Assembly: GCA_963666275.2 (NCBI GenBank)
Contig: CAXXOA010000001.1
Span: 672,001-736,000, forward strand
Direction: 5' to 3'
Length of the DNA stretch: 64,000 nt
Source of the DNA: Oceanispirochaeta sp.
Lineage (GTDB): Bacteria > Spirochaetota > Spirochaetia > DSM-2461
This document shows positions 40,339 through 49,064 of this stretch, in pieces. Below the pieces are notes generated by a model, which saw only the letters and a program-made list of their open reading frames with translations, did no database searches and was not told the DNA's origin. The translations under genes and the position numbers were made by a program. Position 1 is the stretch's first letter. Each line of letters opens with the position of its first letter.

Positions 40339-41986
40339 AATGGAAAGGAGGGAGGAGCGACACTCTTCCGCTGTTTACCGCATCCTTGAAGGTTTCATAA
40401 ATATCCTGCTCAGCCAGGATTTCAAGAATTCCTGACTTCTCCAATGTTTCCCTGACATCATGGTTCAGTCCGGAAAGAAGAACTTTGATCCCCCTTTTTC
40501 TGAGAAAGCGCAGAGCATCAAACAGGGCTTTCTGACCGGTCTGATCAATAAAGGACACATGACGCATCCTTATGATAATAGCCCTGTTTGTGATTCCCAC
40601 TTCCTTCACAACCTCCGCATACTGTCTGGCCGAGGCAAAAAACAGAGGGCCGCTGATCTCATAAATACCAAGATCAGAAGGCAGATCGGAATAGTCCTCG
40701 ATCACATCGGTATCCACAATATGATCGATCCTCTTTTCTGCGAACTCGGACATACGGATCATAAACAGAAGGCTGGAGAGCACAATCCCTATCTCTATGG
40801 CAGCAACGAGATCGACGACAACTGTCAGGATAAATGTAACCAGGAGAACAATCCTGTCGTTCCTGTTGCTTCTCAGAATGGCCGCAAAAGACCGCCATTC
40901 ACTCATATTGTAAGCCACTATAATCAGGATTCCCGCCAGACAGGGCATGGGTATGTAGGAGGCAAAGCGGCCGAAGAAAAGCATAATGCACAGAAGGGTA
41001 ACAGAGTGAGTCATTCCGGCAATAGGAGTGCGACCTCCGTTTTTGACATTCGTAGCGGTTCTGGCAATTGCACCGGTTGCGGGGATTCCTCCGAACAGAG
41101 GGGTCACAATATTGGCAATTCCCTGGGCTATCATTTCAGTGTTGGATCGGTGATTTCCGCTGATCATACCGTCTGAAACCGTGGCGGAGAGCAGGGATTC
41201 AATGCCTCCCAGAAGGGCGAGAACCAGTCCCGACTGGAGGTAGAAGGGAATATCCGAATGAACGAATCCCGGTATGGTCAGGGAGATACCCCGGGGAATC
41301 TCTCCGAAAAGAGATCCGATCGTTGACACGGGTATGTCAAGGAGCCTGACAACCAGGCTCACAAGGAGGATGGCTATAAACGACCCGGGGATCCTTTTAA
41401 AGACCCTTCCCGAAAGTAGGACAATCCCGATGGTCACAGCTGTAACCGCCGGAGCGGCAGGGTTCATATCGGAAAAGGCTCCTCCGTAGGCCTGCCATTT
41501 CTGAAAAAACTCTCCCGGGACCTTATCCAGAGGAAGGCCCAGGGCGTCCTTGACCTGGGTGGTGAATATGACCAGAGCTATCCCGCTGGTAAATCCGACA
41601 ATCAGGGAGTGGGGTATGAATTTCAGAAGTTTGCCCAGTTTCAGAACTCCGAAAAATACAAGTATGATTCCGGCCAGCAGGGTGGAATAGAAAAGCCCCT
41701 GGTATCCTTTGAGCTGAACGATTTCAAATATAAGGATTACAAAAGCCCCGGTGGGGCCGCCAATCTGAACCCGGCTTCCTCCGAGCAGGGCAATAAGAAA
41801 TCCGGCCAGGATTCCTGTGATCAGTCCCCTTTCGGGAGAGACTCCCGAAGCAACAGCAAAGGCTATGGAAAGGGGGAGGGCCACAATGCCCACCACAACG
41901 CCGGCCATAAGATCGCTGAGTATCTGCTGTTTCTCAAACCCGGATCGCAGCAGGGTAAAAAATTTGGGTGTAAACGGGTCTTTCAT
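40337..41986 (-). CDS. SulP-family anion (sulfate) permease with STAS domain
   Basis: DLMAGVVVGIVALPLSIAFA, GGSRVQIGGPTGAF, ESLLSA, GAIARTATN, GPLFFAS. Confidence 0.95.
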   Translation of the reverse strand: MKDPFTPKFFTLLRSGFEKQQILSDLMAGVVVGIVALPLSIAFAVASGVSPERGLITGILAGFLIALLGGSRVQIGGPTGAFVILIFEIVQLKGYQGLFYSTLLAGIILVFFGVLKLGKLLKFIPHSLIVGFTSGIALVIFTTQVKDALGLPLDKVPGEFFQKWQAYGGAFSDMNPAAPAVTAVTIGIVLLSGRVFKRIPGSFIAILLVSLVVRLLDIPVSTIGSLFGEIPRGISLTIPGFVHSDIPFYLQSGLVLALLGGIESLLSATVSDGMISGNHRSNTEMIAQGIANIVTPLFGGIPATGAIARTATNVKNGGRTPIAGMTHSVTLLCIMLFFGRFASYIPMPCLAGILIIVAYNMSEWRSFAAILRSNRNDRIVLLVTFILTVVVDLVAAIEIGIVLSSLLFMIRMSEFAEKRIDHIVDTDVIEDYSDLPSDLGIYEISGPLFFASARQYAEVVKEVGITNRAIIIRMRHVSFIDQTGQKALFDALRFLRKRGIKVLLSGLNHDVRETLEKSGILEILAEQDIYETFKDAVNSGRVSLLPPFH

Positions 41987-42271
41987 ATATGCTCCTGATT
42001 ATCTGACAATCTCTTTGTACACCTTCTATTTCTTCCTTTACAATCCCTTCCCCTGATAAAGCAGAGGACGGGAGGATATTTTCTGCGATTTTCTGAGCCC
42101 TCCGGAACCGGCTTCTTCTAGTGTTTTCGTACTATTTTCCCCTTTCCCCCCTTTTCTTATAAGGAAAAACCCGCTATGGTATAGATATTAAAATGACAAA
42201 AATACTTAAAGTGTCAAAATAAAGATTTCCCTCGCACCCAACGGGTCGGGATTTCTGTATCAAAACAGGAG

Positions 42272-45200
42272 ATGGGAATGGATCTACAGACTTTAAGAGA
42301 ATACTTCAAACACATGGTTACCGCCCGTGAAATGGATCTGCTTGAGCAGAGTTACACAGGGCGTGGAGAAGCCTTCTTTCATGTATCCGGAGCAGGGCAT
42401 GAAGGAACCTGTTTTCTGAATGCCGTACTGGGCGAACAGGACTGGCTCCACTGTCACTACAGGGATAAAGCCCTCATGCTGGCGAGAGGCATCGATTCAA
42501 AGATGTTCTTTATGTCCCTTTTCAATAAAGATCAGTCCCATTCCAGGGGACGTCAGATGAATGCCCACATGAGTGATCCTGAGAGAAAGGTCCTCAGCAT
42601 TGTCGGTCCGGTAGGAAACAGCGCACTCCAGGCTGTGGGTGTCGCCGAAGCGGTTAAAGATGAAAAGGACAACCCCGTTGTCCTCTGCGGTCTTGGTGAC
42701 GGAATGAGTCAGCAGGGAGAGGTTCTGGAAGCTGTCGCTCATGCGGTAAGAAAAGAACTTCCTGTACTGTTTTTTATTCAGGATAACAGTTTTGCCATAT
42801 CGACCAAAACAAAAGGGAAAACCTTTTTCTCCCATCCTGAGGGAGATGCGGAAGAATTCTACGGAATCCCCATTGTCCGCATGGACGGACGGTATCCTCA
42901 GAATCTTTATAAACCTATGGAAGAGGTCGTACAGGGAATCCGGGATACCCGGAAACCGGCGATCGTCGTCTTCTCGGTTGACCGTCTTCACAGCCATACC
43001 AATGCGGATGATCACAGGGTCTACAGAACCGAGGAGGAGATTAAAGCTCTTCATAAATCGGGAGATCCCATAGATCAGATGCATGCCTGGCTGCTGGATC
43101 AGGGTGTCGATGAGAAAGAGCTGGAACAGGAGAGAGAGCAGATAGTTGCGGAGCTCAAAGAAAAAGCCCGGGCGGCTCAGATGTCTCCCGAACCGGAACC
43201 CTTTTTCTCTGCGAAAAAAGAAATCCCCCCTCATCTGACAGATCCGAAACAGGAGTACAGAGGAACCCCGGGAAAAGAAGAGCTTACAATGCTGGAAGCG
43301 ATCAGGGAAACCCTCCGTTTTCATCTGGAAAGGAACCCTGCCGTAGAGCTCCTGGGAGAAGATCTGGAAGATCCCAAAGGGGATGTTTTCGGAATTACAA
43401 AAACACTGACACAGGAATTTTCCCGGCGTGTGGAAAACAGCCCTCTTACCGAGTCCACCATTGTGGGGCTTTCTGTAGGAAGGGCTCTGGCTGGAAAACG
43501 TCCTGTCGCATTCCTGCAGTTTGCGGATTTTCTTCCCATTGCGTTTAACCAGCTATGGGCGGAGATGGGCAGTATGTTCTGGAGAACCGACGGCGGCTGG
43601 CAGTGCCCCATGATCGTCATGGTTTCCTGCGGAGGATACAAGCCGGGACTCGGCCCCTTCCATGCCTCCAGTATGGAATCGGTGGCTGCCCATATCCCCG
43701 GAGTCGATGTGGTTATGCCCTCCACCGCAGGGGATGCCGCAGGCCTTCTGAATGCCGCTATGGAGTCGGAAAGGCCTACCATATTCTTCTACCCCAAAGT
43801 CTGTCTGAACGAATCCCTGGGTAAAACCAGTCCCGATGTGTCCAGGCAGCTTGTTCCCCTGGGAGTGGCCAGAAAGCTCAGCGAAGGTGAGCATCTGACC
43901 ATGGTCTCCTACGGGAATACCATCAAGCTCTGCCAGAAAGCGGCGGATGTTCTGAAAAATCAGGGTGTTCACTGTGATATTCTGGACCTGCGATCCATCT
44001 CCCCCTGGGATCAGAAGGCCGTTCTGGAATCTGCTGAAAAAACAGGAAAGCTGATCATTGTCCAGGAGGAGAACGGTACAGCTTCCTTTGCTTCCGAAGT
44101 GGCGGCCTATGTGGCGGAACATGCCGGGACAGCTGTGAAAATCCGCCGTCTTACCAGAGAGGACACATTTGTTCCCTGTAATTTCGATTGTCAGCTGGCT
44201 GTACTGCCTTCCTATCAGAGGATCCTTGAAACAGCTGTTGATCTGTTCGGCGGATCCATCTCCTGGAAGAAGGATGAGTCCGCAGAAGCGGGAATCTTTT
44301 CCGTGGAGATCATCGGAACCAGTCCCGCAGACGAAACTGCCACAGTCATTGAGTGGAAGGTTGAGCCGGGTGACGTTATAGAAGAGGGGGATCTGCTGGC
44401 AGAGATCGAAGCGGATAAAGCCGCAGCGGAAATGAAATCTCCCGTATCCGGTACGGTAGAGGAACTCCTTCTGGATGAGGGAGAAGCTGTTGAGATCGGT
44501 ACTCCCGCACTGAAGGTTAAAACCGGTGAAAATGCGGAAATCTCCCTGAAACCCAAAACAAAAGAAGATCCCGGTGAACCTGTCATTTCAGGGCTTCAGC
44601 TGGAAACTTCATCAACCGACGCGGCACCGGCGGTTTCCGGTGACAGACGCCCCTACCTTGTGGATGTGGCAGGCACCCTGGGAAGCCGGGTTGTAGATAA
44701 CGATGAGATCATGAAGTCCTGTCCCGGATGGGAAGAGGGCGAAATCCTGAAAATGACAGGAATAGAAAAACGCTGCTGGATTGATGAAGGGGAGAATATT
44801 CTTACCCTTTCCCGCACAGCCTCTCAGACTGTGCTCGAAAGAAACGGACTGTCCCTGGACGACCTGAGTCTTATCATCGTTTCAAGCGGCACCCCTGATA
44901 TGATCACCCCCTCCATGGCCACTAGGCTGCAGTATGCGCTGATGCCCGGGGGAAAACGGAAAATGAGCTGTCCCGCTTTTGATATCAACGCCGCCTGTTC
45001 GGGATACCTGTACGGACTGCAGTCCGCCTGGGATTTTCTCAATACCAAGCCCGACGGACTTGTTCTTCTGGTAACAGCGGAAGTCCTTTCTCCTCTGGTG
45101 GATCTGACTGACAAGTCCACTTCCCCCATTTTCGGAGACGGCGCCACAGCCACACTGATAGCCGGTGTCAATCATAAACTGAAAGCACAGGGCAAAGCCC

Positions 45201-45616
45201 GGCTTTTCCGTCCCGTCACAGCTGCTGCCGGAGAACCGGGAGAGATCCTGACCGTTCCCGCCAACCCGGTGGAGCCTATTTTCATGCACGGTCCCAAGGT
45301 TTACCTGGAAGCGGTACAGAGCATGATCGAACTGCTGGGCAGTGCCATGGAACAGGATGGGAAGACTCTGCAGGATGTCTCTCTGATTGTCCCCCATCAG
45401 GCTAACCAGAGGATCATCAATGCAGTACGTCAGAGGCTTAAAATCAGAGAAGAGCAGATCTACAGCGAGATCAGATACAGAGGAAATACATCCTCCTGTA
45501 CGATCCCCCTCTGTCTTGAAACCCTGGTGAATGAGAGAAAATCCGGAGATATTCTGGGTATGACAGCATTCGGCGGCGGATTCACCTCTGCCGGCGGTCT
45601 TCTGGAAATTCTGTAA
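42272..45616 (+). CDS. Fusion: 2-oxoacid dehydrogenase E1alpha + E1beta + lipoyl domain + beta-ketoacyl-ACP synthase III (FabH)
   Basis: TPP motif GDG..IQDN; GEDL..GDVFG, NSPLTES, QFADF, GPFH; lipoyl-Lys IEADKA (K716); FabH triad AAC909SG, PH1042QAN, GN1072TSS. Confidence 0.9.
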   Translation: MGMDLQTLREYFKHMVTAREMDLLEQSYTGRGEAFFHVSGAGHEGTCFLNAVLGEQDWLHCHYRDKALMLARGIDSKMFFMSLFNKDQSHSRGRQMNAHMSDPERKVLSIVGPVGNSALQAVGVAEAVKDEKDNPVVLCGLGDGMSQQGEVLEAVAHAVRKELPVLFFIQDNSFAISTKTKGKTFFSHPEGDAEEFYGIPIVRMDGRYPQNLYKPMEEVVQGIRDTRKPAIVVFSVDRLHSHTNADDHRVYRTEEEIKALHKSGDPIDQMHAWLLDQGVDEKELEQEREQIVAELKEKARAAQMSPEPEPFFSAKKEIPPHLTDPKQEYRGTPGKEELTMLEAIRETLRFHLERNPAVELLGEDLEDPKGDVFGITKTLTQEFSRRVENSPLTESTIVGLSVGRALAGKRPVAFLQFADFLPIAFNQLWAEMGSMFWRTDGGWQCPMIVMVSCGGYKPGLGPFHASSMESVAAHIPGVDVVMPSTAGDAAGLLNAAMESERPTIFFYPKVCLNESLGKTSPDVSRQLVPLGVARKLSEGEHLTMVSYGNTIKLCQKAADVLKNQGVHCDILDLRSISPWDQKAVLESAEKTGKLIIVQEENGTASFASEVAAYVAEHAGTAVKIRRLTREDTFVPCNFDCQLAVLPSYQRILETAVDLFGGSISWKKDESAEAGIFSVEIIGTSPADETATVIEWKVEPGDVIEEGDLLAEIEADKAAAEMKSPVSGTVEELLLDEGEAVEIGTPALKVKTGENAEISLKPKTKEDPGEPVISGLQLETSSTDAAPAVSGDRRPYLVDVAGTLGSRVVDNDEIMKSCPGWEEGEILKMTGIEKRCWIDEGENILTLSRTASQTVLERNGLSLDDLSLIIVSSGTPDMITPSMATRLQYALMPGGKRKMSCPAFDINAACSGYLYGLQSAWDFLNTKPDGLVLLVTAEVLSPLVDLTDKSTSPIFGDGATATLIAGVNHKLKAQGKARLFRPVTAAAGEPGEILTVPANPVEPIFMHGPKVYLEAVQSMIELLGSAMEQDGKTLQDVSLIVPHQANQRIINAVRQRLKIREEQIYSEIRYRGNTSSCTIPLCLETLVNERKSGDILGMTAFGGGFTSAGGLLEIL

Positions 45617-45674
45617 AGCAGGGAAAAGTTACCATGCTATTCCATTAGTGTTATAAAAGCACTGTGTTAATTAG

Positions 45675-45712
45675 CCCCTTCTACTAAAGTTCTGCCCGGT
45701 AGAAGGGGTTTT
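45675..45712 (+). terminator. Terminator-like hairpin between convergent genes
   Basis: ccccttctac / gtagaagggg followed by tttt. Confidence 0.6.
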
Positions 45713-45732
45713 GTAATAAAAGCTTGAAGGGA

Positions 45733-46917
45733 TTAATACTGGCCGATATGGATCTGGACTGGCTGGAAATCCTGCAGATCCTCATCTATCATAAAGAATT
45801 TTTTGATCTCAACAGGTACGTTCTGGTTAATGGTTGTGTAATTTCCCAATTCTCCATAGTCGTTTTTTCCAAATCCCCAGAGAGTTCCGTCCTCTTTCAG
45901 AACAATGGTATGGTCTCCTCCGTTATGGCTGATAGCGGAAACGTCATTCATGACTTCTTTGAAGACGGCAGCATTGGTATTTGTACCGTCTCCAAGCTGC
46001 CCCTGATCATTGCGTCCCGTCGTCCATAAGGTTCCATCGATTTTGAGTGCTACGGTGTGAAAACGACCTGTGGAAATATCGACAACATCGGAGAGAACCT
46101 GTTCAAAAGCTAGTCTGTCAGCGGTATCACCCGTTCCTAACTGGCCGTAGGTATTGCCACCCGAGGCCCAGAGGGTGCCGTTTGTTTTCAGGACCATAGA
46201 ATGGGCAGTCCCTGCAGAAACACTTAAGACTCCCGTTATTATTTGAGTAAAATCGGCTATATCAGATGTATCGCCGCTTCCAAGCTGTCCCCGGGAGTTT
46301 CCGCCGCTAACCAGTAGGTCTCCGGAAGTGTCCACCACCAGAGAAAAGTTATTTCCCGTATCCATAGTTTTTACGCTGCTGAGCACTTTTTCCGGTGTTG
46401 CCATACCAGTGGTTGAAGTTGTACTGTTACCAAATTGTCCATCTTTATTCAAACCTGCTGCCCAGAGGGTCCCGTCGTTTTTTAACATAAGAGAAAAATC
46501 AGTTCCTGCAGAGGCTTTTTTGGCATTGTCCATAATTTTAACAGGTGAGGCAACTTTAGCAGAAGCACTTCCTGTTCCCAGTTCGCCTTCCGTGTTGTCT
46601 CCCATCGCCCATAGAGTCTTGTCTGACTTAAGAAGGAAACTGTGATTCTCTCCTGCAAAAATACCAATTACATCCTCCAGTATCTTCTGGTAGTAGTTGT
46701 ATTGGTCGTTTGATAATTTACCAAGCTGACCTTTGTCATTTTTTCCTGTACCGTAAAGGCTACCGTTGCTGTTGAGGAAAAATGAGTGATCCCCTCCGGC
46801 GGACAAAGTTGTATCAATTGATACCTTGTCTCTGTTACTGCTGCTGAACATGCCGTTGTCGCATCCAGACAGTAGCAGTATTAAAATTGTGAATCCTGTG
46901 AAAATAGTTTTTTTCAT
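45733..46917 (-). CDS. RCC1/BLIP-II beta-propeller repeat lipoprotein
   Basis: Lipobox LLLSGC; about 7 repeats of G..HS..LK.DGTLW..G.N..GQLG. Confidence 0.9.
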   Translation of the reverse strand: MKKTIFTGFTILILLLSGCDNGMFSSSNRDKVSIDTTLSAGGDHSFFLNSNGSLYGTGKNDKGQLGKLSNDQYNYYQKILEDVIGIFAGENHSFLLKSDKTLWAMGDNTEGELGTGSASAKVASPVKIMDNAKKASAGTDFSLMLKNDGTLWAAGLNKDGQFGNSTTSTTGMATPEKVLSSVKTMDTGNNFSLVVDTSGDLLVSGGNSRGQLGSGDTSDIADFTQIITGVLSVSAGTAHSMVLKTNGTLWASGGNTYGQLGTGDTADRLAFEQVLSDVVDISTGRFHTVALKIDGTLWTTGRNDQGQLGDGTNTNAAVFKEVMNDVSAISHNGGDHTIVLKEDGTLWGFGKNDYGELGNYTTINQNVPVEIKKFFMIDEDLQDFQPVQIHIGQY

Positions 46918-47001
46918 TATTTCATTCTCCTGTAAAATAAGTATTCCGGCTGGTTATCCAGCCTAAAAGCCGTCGTTCCCGGCGGTTTTTTCTTTTTTCA
47001 A

Positions 47002-47118
47002 AGAGATCTAGTGATCTCTATAGATTGCAAGATTAAAGAGATCGTATGATCTCTATTTGCCCAAAGGAAACCGAGTCCAGAGAAACGGATCCAGAAATTA
47101 AGAGATCGGATGATCTCT
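47002..47118. promoter_or_regulatory. Three palindromic operators AGAGATC-N4-GATCTCT
   Basis: Copies at 47002-47019, 47037-47054 and 47101-47118. Confidence 0.8.
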
Positions 47119-47131
47119 TAAAACTAAAAAA

Positions 47132-47704
47132 TTATTCCATTTTCAGTATTCCTACCGCCAGCATCCCGGAAATATGGTAGCGTAGATAAGTTTGGACAAT
47201 CTCCTTGAACTGGGTTATATCTTCAAATTTTCCAGCAAAACGTATGAAGGCATTTATCAGGTTATCTGTCAACACGTCTGAAAGGAGATCGCTCTGGGAC
47301 GTAACATAAATCCTCTGTTTCAAGGATTCCATCAGATCAACTTTTAACTGATAAAGTTTAGATTCTTCCATACCTGTAAGGAAAATCATAAATTTGACCG
47401 GACTCTTTTCGTATAGGGCGACTAGGGCGTTAACCATGAGTTCAACATGGTGATCATCGGGATTCTGATGAAGCGACTTTTCCATAATATCCCGGAAGTT
47501 TTTCAGAACCCCCTTGGCGTATTCCCCAATGACGGCTTCAAGGAGCTCATCCTTGTTCTGAAAATACTTATACATATTCCCGTAACTTACCTGGGCCCGT
47601 TTTGCCAACTGCCTTGTGGTGGTTCCCGAAAAACCCTTGCTGGAAAACTCCAGTTCCGCCGCTTTCAGGATTCTGTTTTTTATTTCGTCACTTTTTTGTC
47701 TCAT
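47132..47704 (-). CDS. TetR/AcrR-family transcriptional regulator
   Basis: RILKAAELEFSSKGFSGTTTRQLAKRAQVSYGNMYKYFQNKDEL HTH. Confidence 0.93.
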   Translation of the reverse strand: MRQKSDEIKNRILKAAELEFSSKGFSGTTTRQLAKRAQVSYGNMYKYFQNKDELLEAVIGEYAKGVLKNFRDIMEKSLHQNPDDHHVELMVNALVALYEKSPVKFMIFLTGMEESKLYQLKVDLMESLKQRIYVTSQSDLLSDVLTDNLINAFIRFAGKFEDITQFKEIVQTYLRYHISGMLAVGILKME

Positions 47705-47705
47705 A

Positions 47706-47753
47706 GGGGATCACTTGATCTCTAAAGTATTCCTAATAGTTTCTTTTTGTCAA
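47706..47753 (-). promoter_or_regulatory. TetR promoter with a fourth operator copy
   Basis: TTGACA-16 bp-AATACT on minus strand; GGGGATC-actt-GATCTCT (47706-47723) next to the start codon. Confidence 0.7.
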
Positions 47754-47911
47754 GTTGCAGGTTTCAAAAAAGGAATAATTCAATAAGAAACCCTTCCTTT
47801 TTTTGAAAAAATCCTGCTATACCAAAGCTCCGCCGGAAAATAGCAGGGACGTCTTCCATAAGAAAGCGTATTGCGAATACAGACCTCCCCGGGAGAGGGG
47901 GCCGTATCAGC

Positions 47912-48964
47912 CTAGTCTCTGACCCGGCCCAGGCCCAGGAGTTTCAGCAACCACTTGGCCAGAGGTTTGGCGGGGTTCCTTTTTTTCAGATTCAGATACC
48001 AGTTCCATTTTTTCACGATGGGGATTTTATGGGTTTCCACGAATTCGATCAGCGTTCCATCCGGATCTTCACAGTAGGAAAACCGGCCAGCCGCCTCTCC
48101 CATGTCAAAGGAGTTTCCCGTATCCACGGTAAAAGGAAAGCCTTTTTCCCTGAGAGTTTCTCCCAGTTCATCCATGCCGTTCACATCGAAGCAGAGATGG
48201 ATAAAACCGGCATCTCCCCAGTAACGGTCTTTGAAGATTTTTTCAGGTTTCCGTTCCAGGCACTGGATCAGCTCTATGCTTCCGTAGCCGAACATCTCCG
48301 CAAACGCTCCCTGTCTCGGTTCCATATGGGTCAGCAGAACTCTTCTGAATGAACCGTCTCCTCCGGGCAGGGCGGAAAGGTCTTCAAAACTTCCGGTCTG
48401 ATCATAAGCTGTGGTGGAGTATCCCAGAATATCACGGTACAGGGGGAGGGCTTTGTCTATATCGCTGACGCCGATCACAGCTCCGCAGGGGCCTGCAGTC
48501 AGACCGGGTCTGCTGAAGAAATCCTCAGCCGTCAGAATCTCAAAAATATTACCGTAAGGATCCCTGGCATAAAAGTGGTCTCTTCCGACAGGATCCTTTT
48601 CCACTTTTCCCAGGATATCCACGCCCTGATCTCTGTAATGATCAAAAACGGCTTTTACATCAGGAGCTTTTATTTTGCCTATCTGTATTCCCAGGTCACC
48701 TATCTTCAATGGGGCGTCGGGGAATACTGTCTCCCTGGTGGTGTACTGCCAGATTTCAAATCCGCTGCCTCCGCCAAGGTTCAGAGCCAGAACCGCATCC
48801 CGTCCCTGGACTTTGTCTCCTGTGTAGCGGGTCATGAAGGGGGCATCTGCCGCTTCCTGAAATACAGGGACATCCATGCCGAAATATTTTCTGTACCAGG
48901 CCCAGGCTTTGTTCCTGTCGGCTACGCCTATACCTAACTGCTGAATTCCGCTGATGATTGTCAT
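47912..48964 (-). CDS. Two-domain VOC (glyoxalase/epimerase-like) protein
   Basis: QQLGIGVAD, FEIWQY, RDPYGNIFE, IELIQ, FIHLCFDV, EDPDGTLIEFVE. Confidence 0.88.
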   Translation of the reverse strand: MTIISGIQQLGIGVADRNKAWAWYRKYFGMDVPVFQEAADAPFMTRYTGDKVQGRDAVLALNLGGGSGFEIWQYTTRETVFPDAPLKIGDLGIQIGKIKAPDVKAVFDHYRDQGVDILGKVEKDPVGRDHFYARDPYGNIFEILTAEDFFSRPGLTAGPCGAVIGVSDIDKALPLYRDILGYSTTAYDQTGSFEDLSALPGGDGSFRRVLLTHMEPRQGAFAEMFGYGSIELIQCLERKPEKIFKDRYWGDAGFIHLCFDVNGMDELGETLREKGFPFTVDTGNSFDMGEAAGRFSYCEDPDGTLIEFVETHKIPIVKKWNWYLNLKKRNPAKPLAKWLLKLLGLGRVRD

Positions 48965-49064
48965 AATGAGTTCCTTTTCCGGTATTTTTTTTAGGATTCG
49001 TTCATGCAGATTTTATTGTATTATTAAAATACCAAAAAAGGAATAGAAAACACGGGGAGGGGTT

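Noticed and set aside
47002..47118. Mini CRISPR array
   Set aside because: Units are 18-bp palindromes with irregular spacing, there are no cas genes, and a fourth copy sits at the TetR promoter
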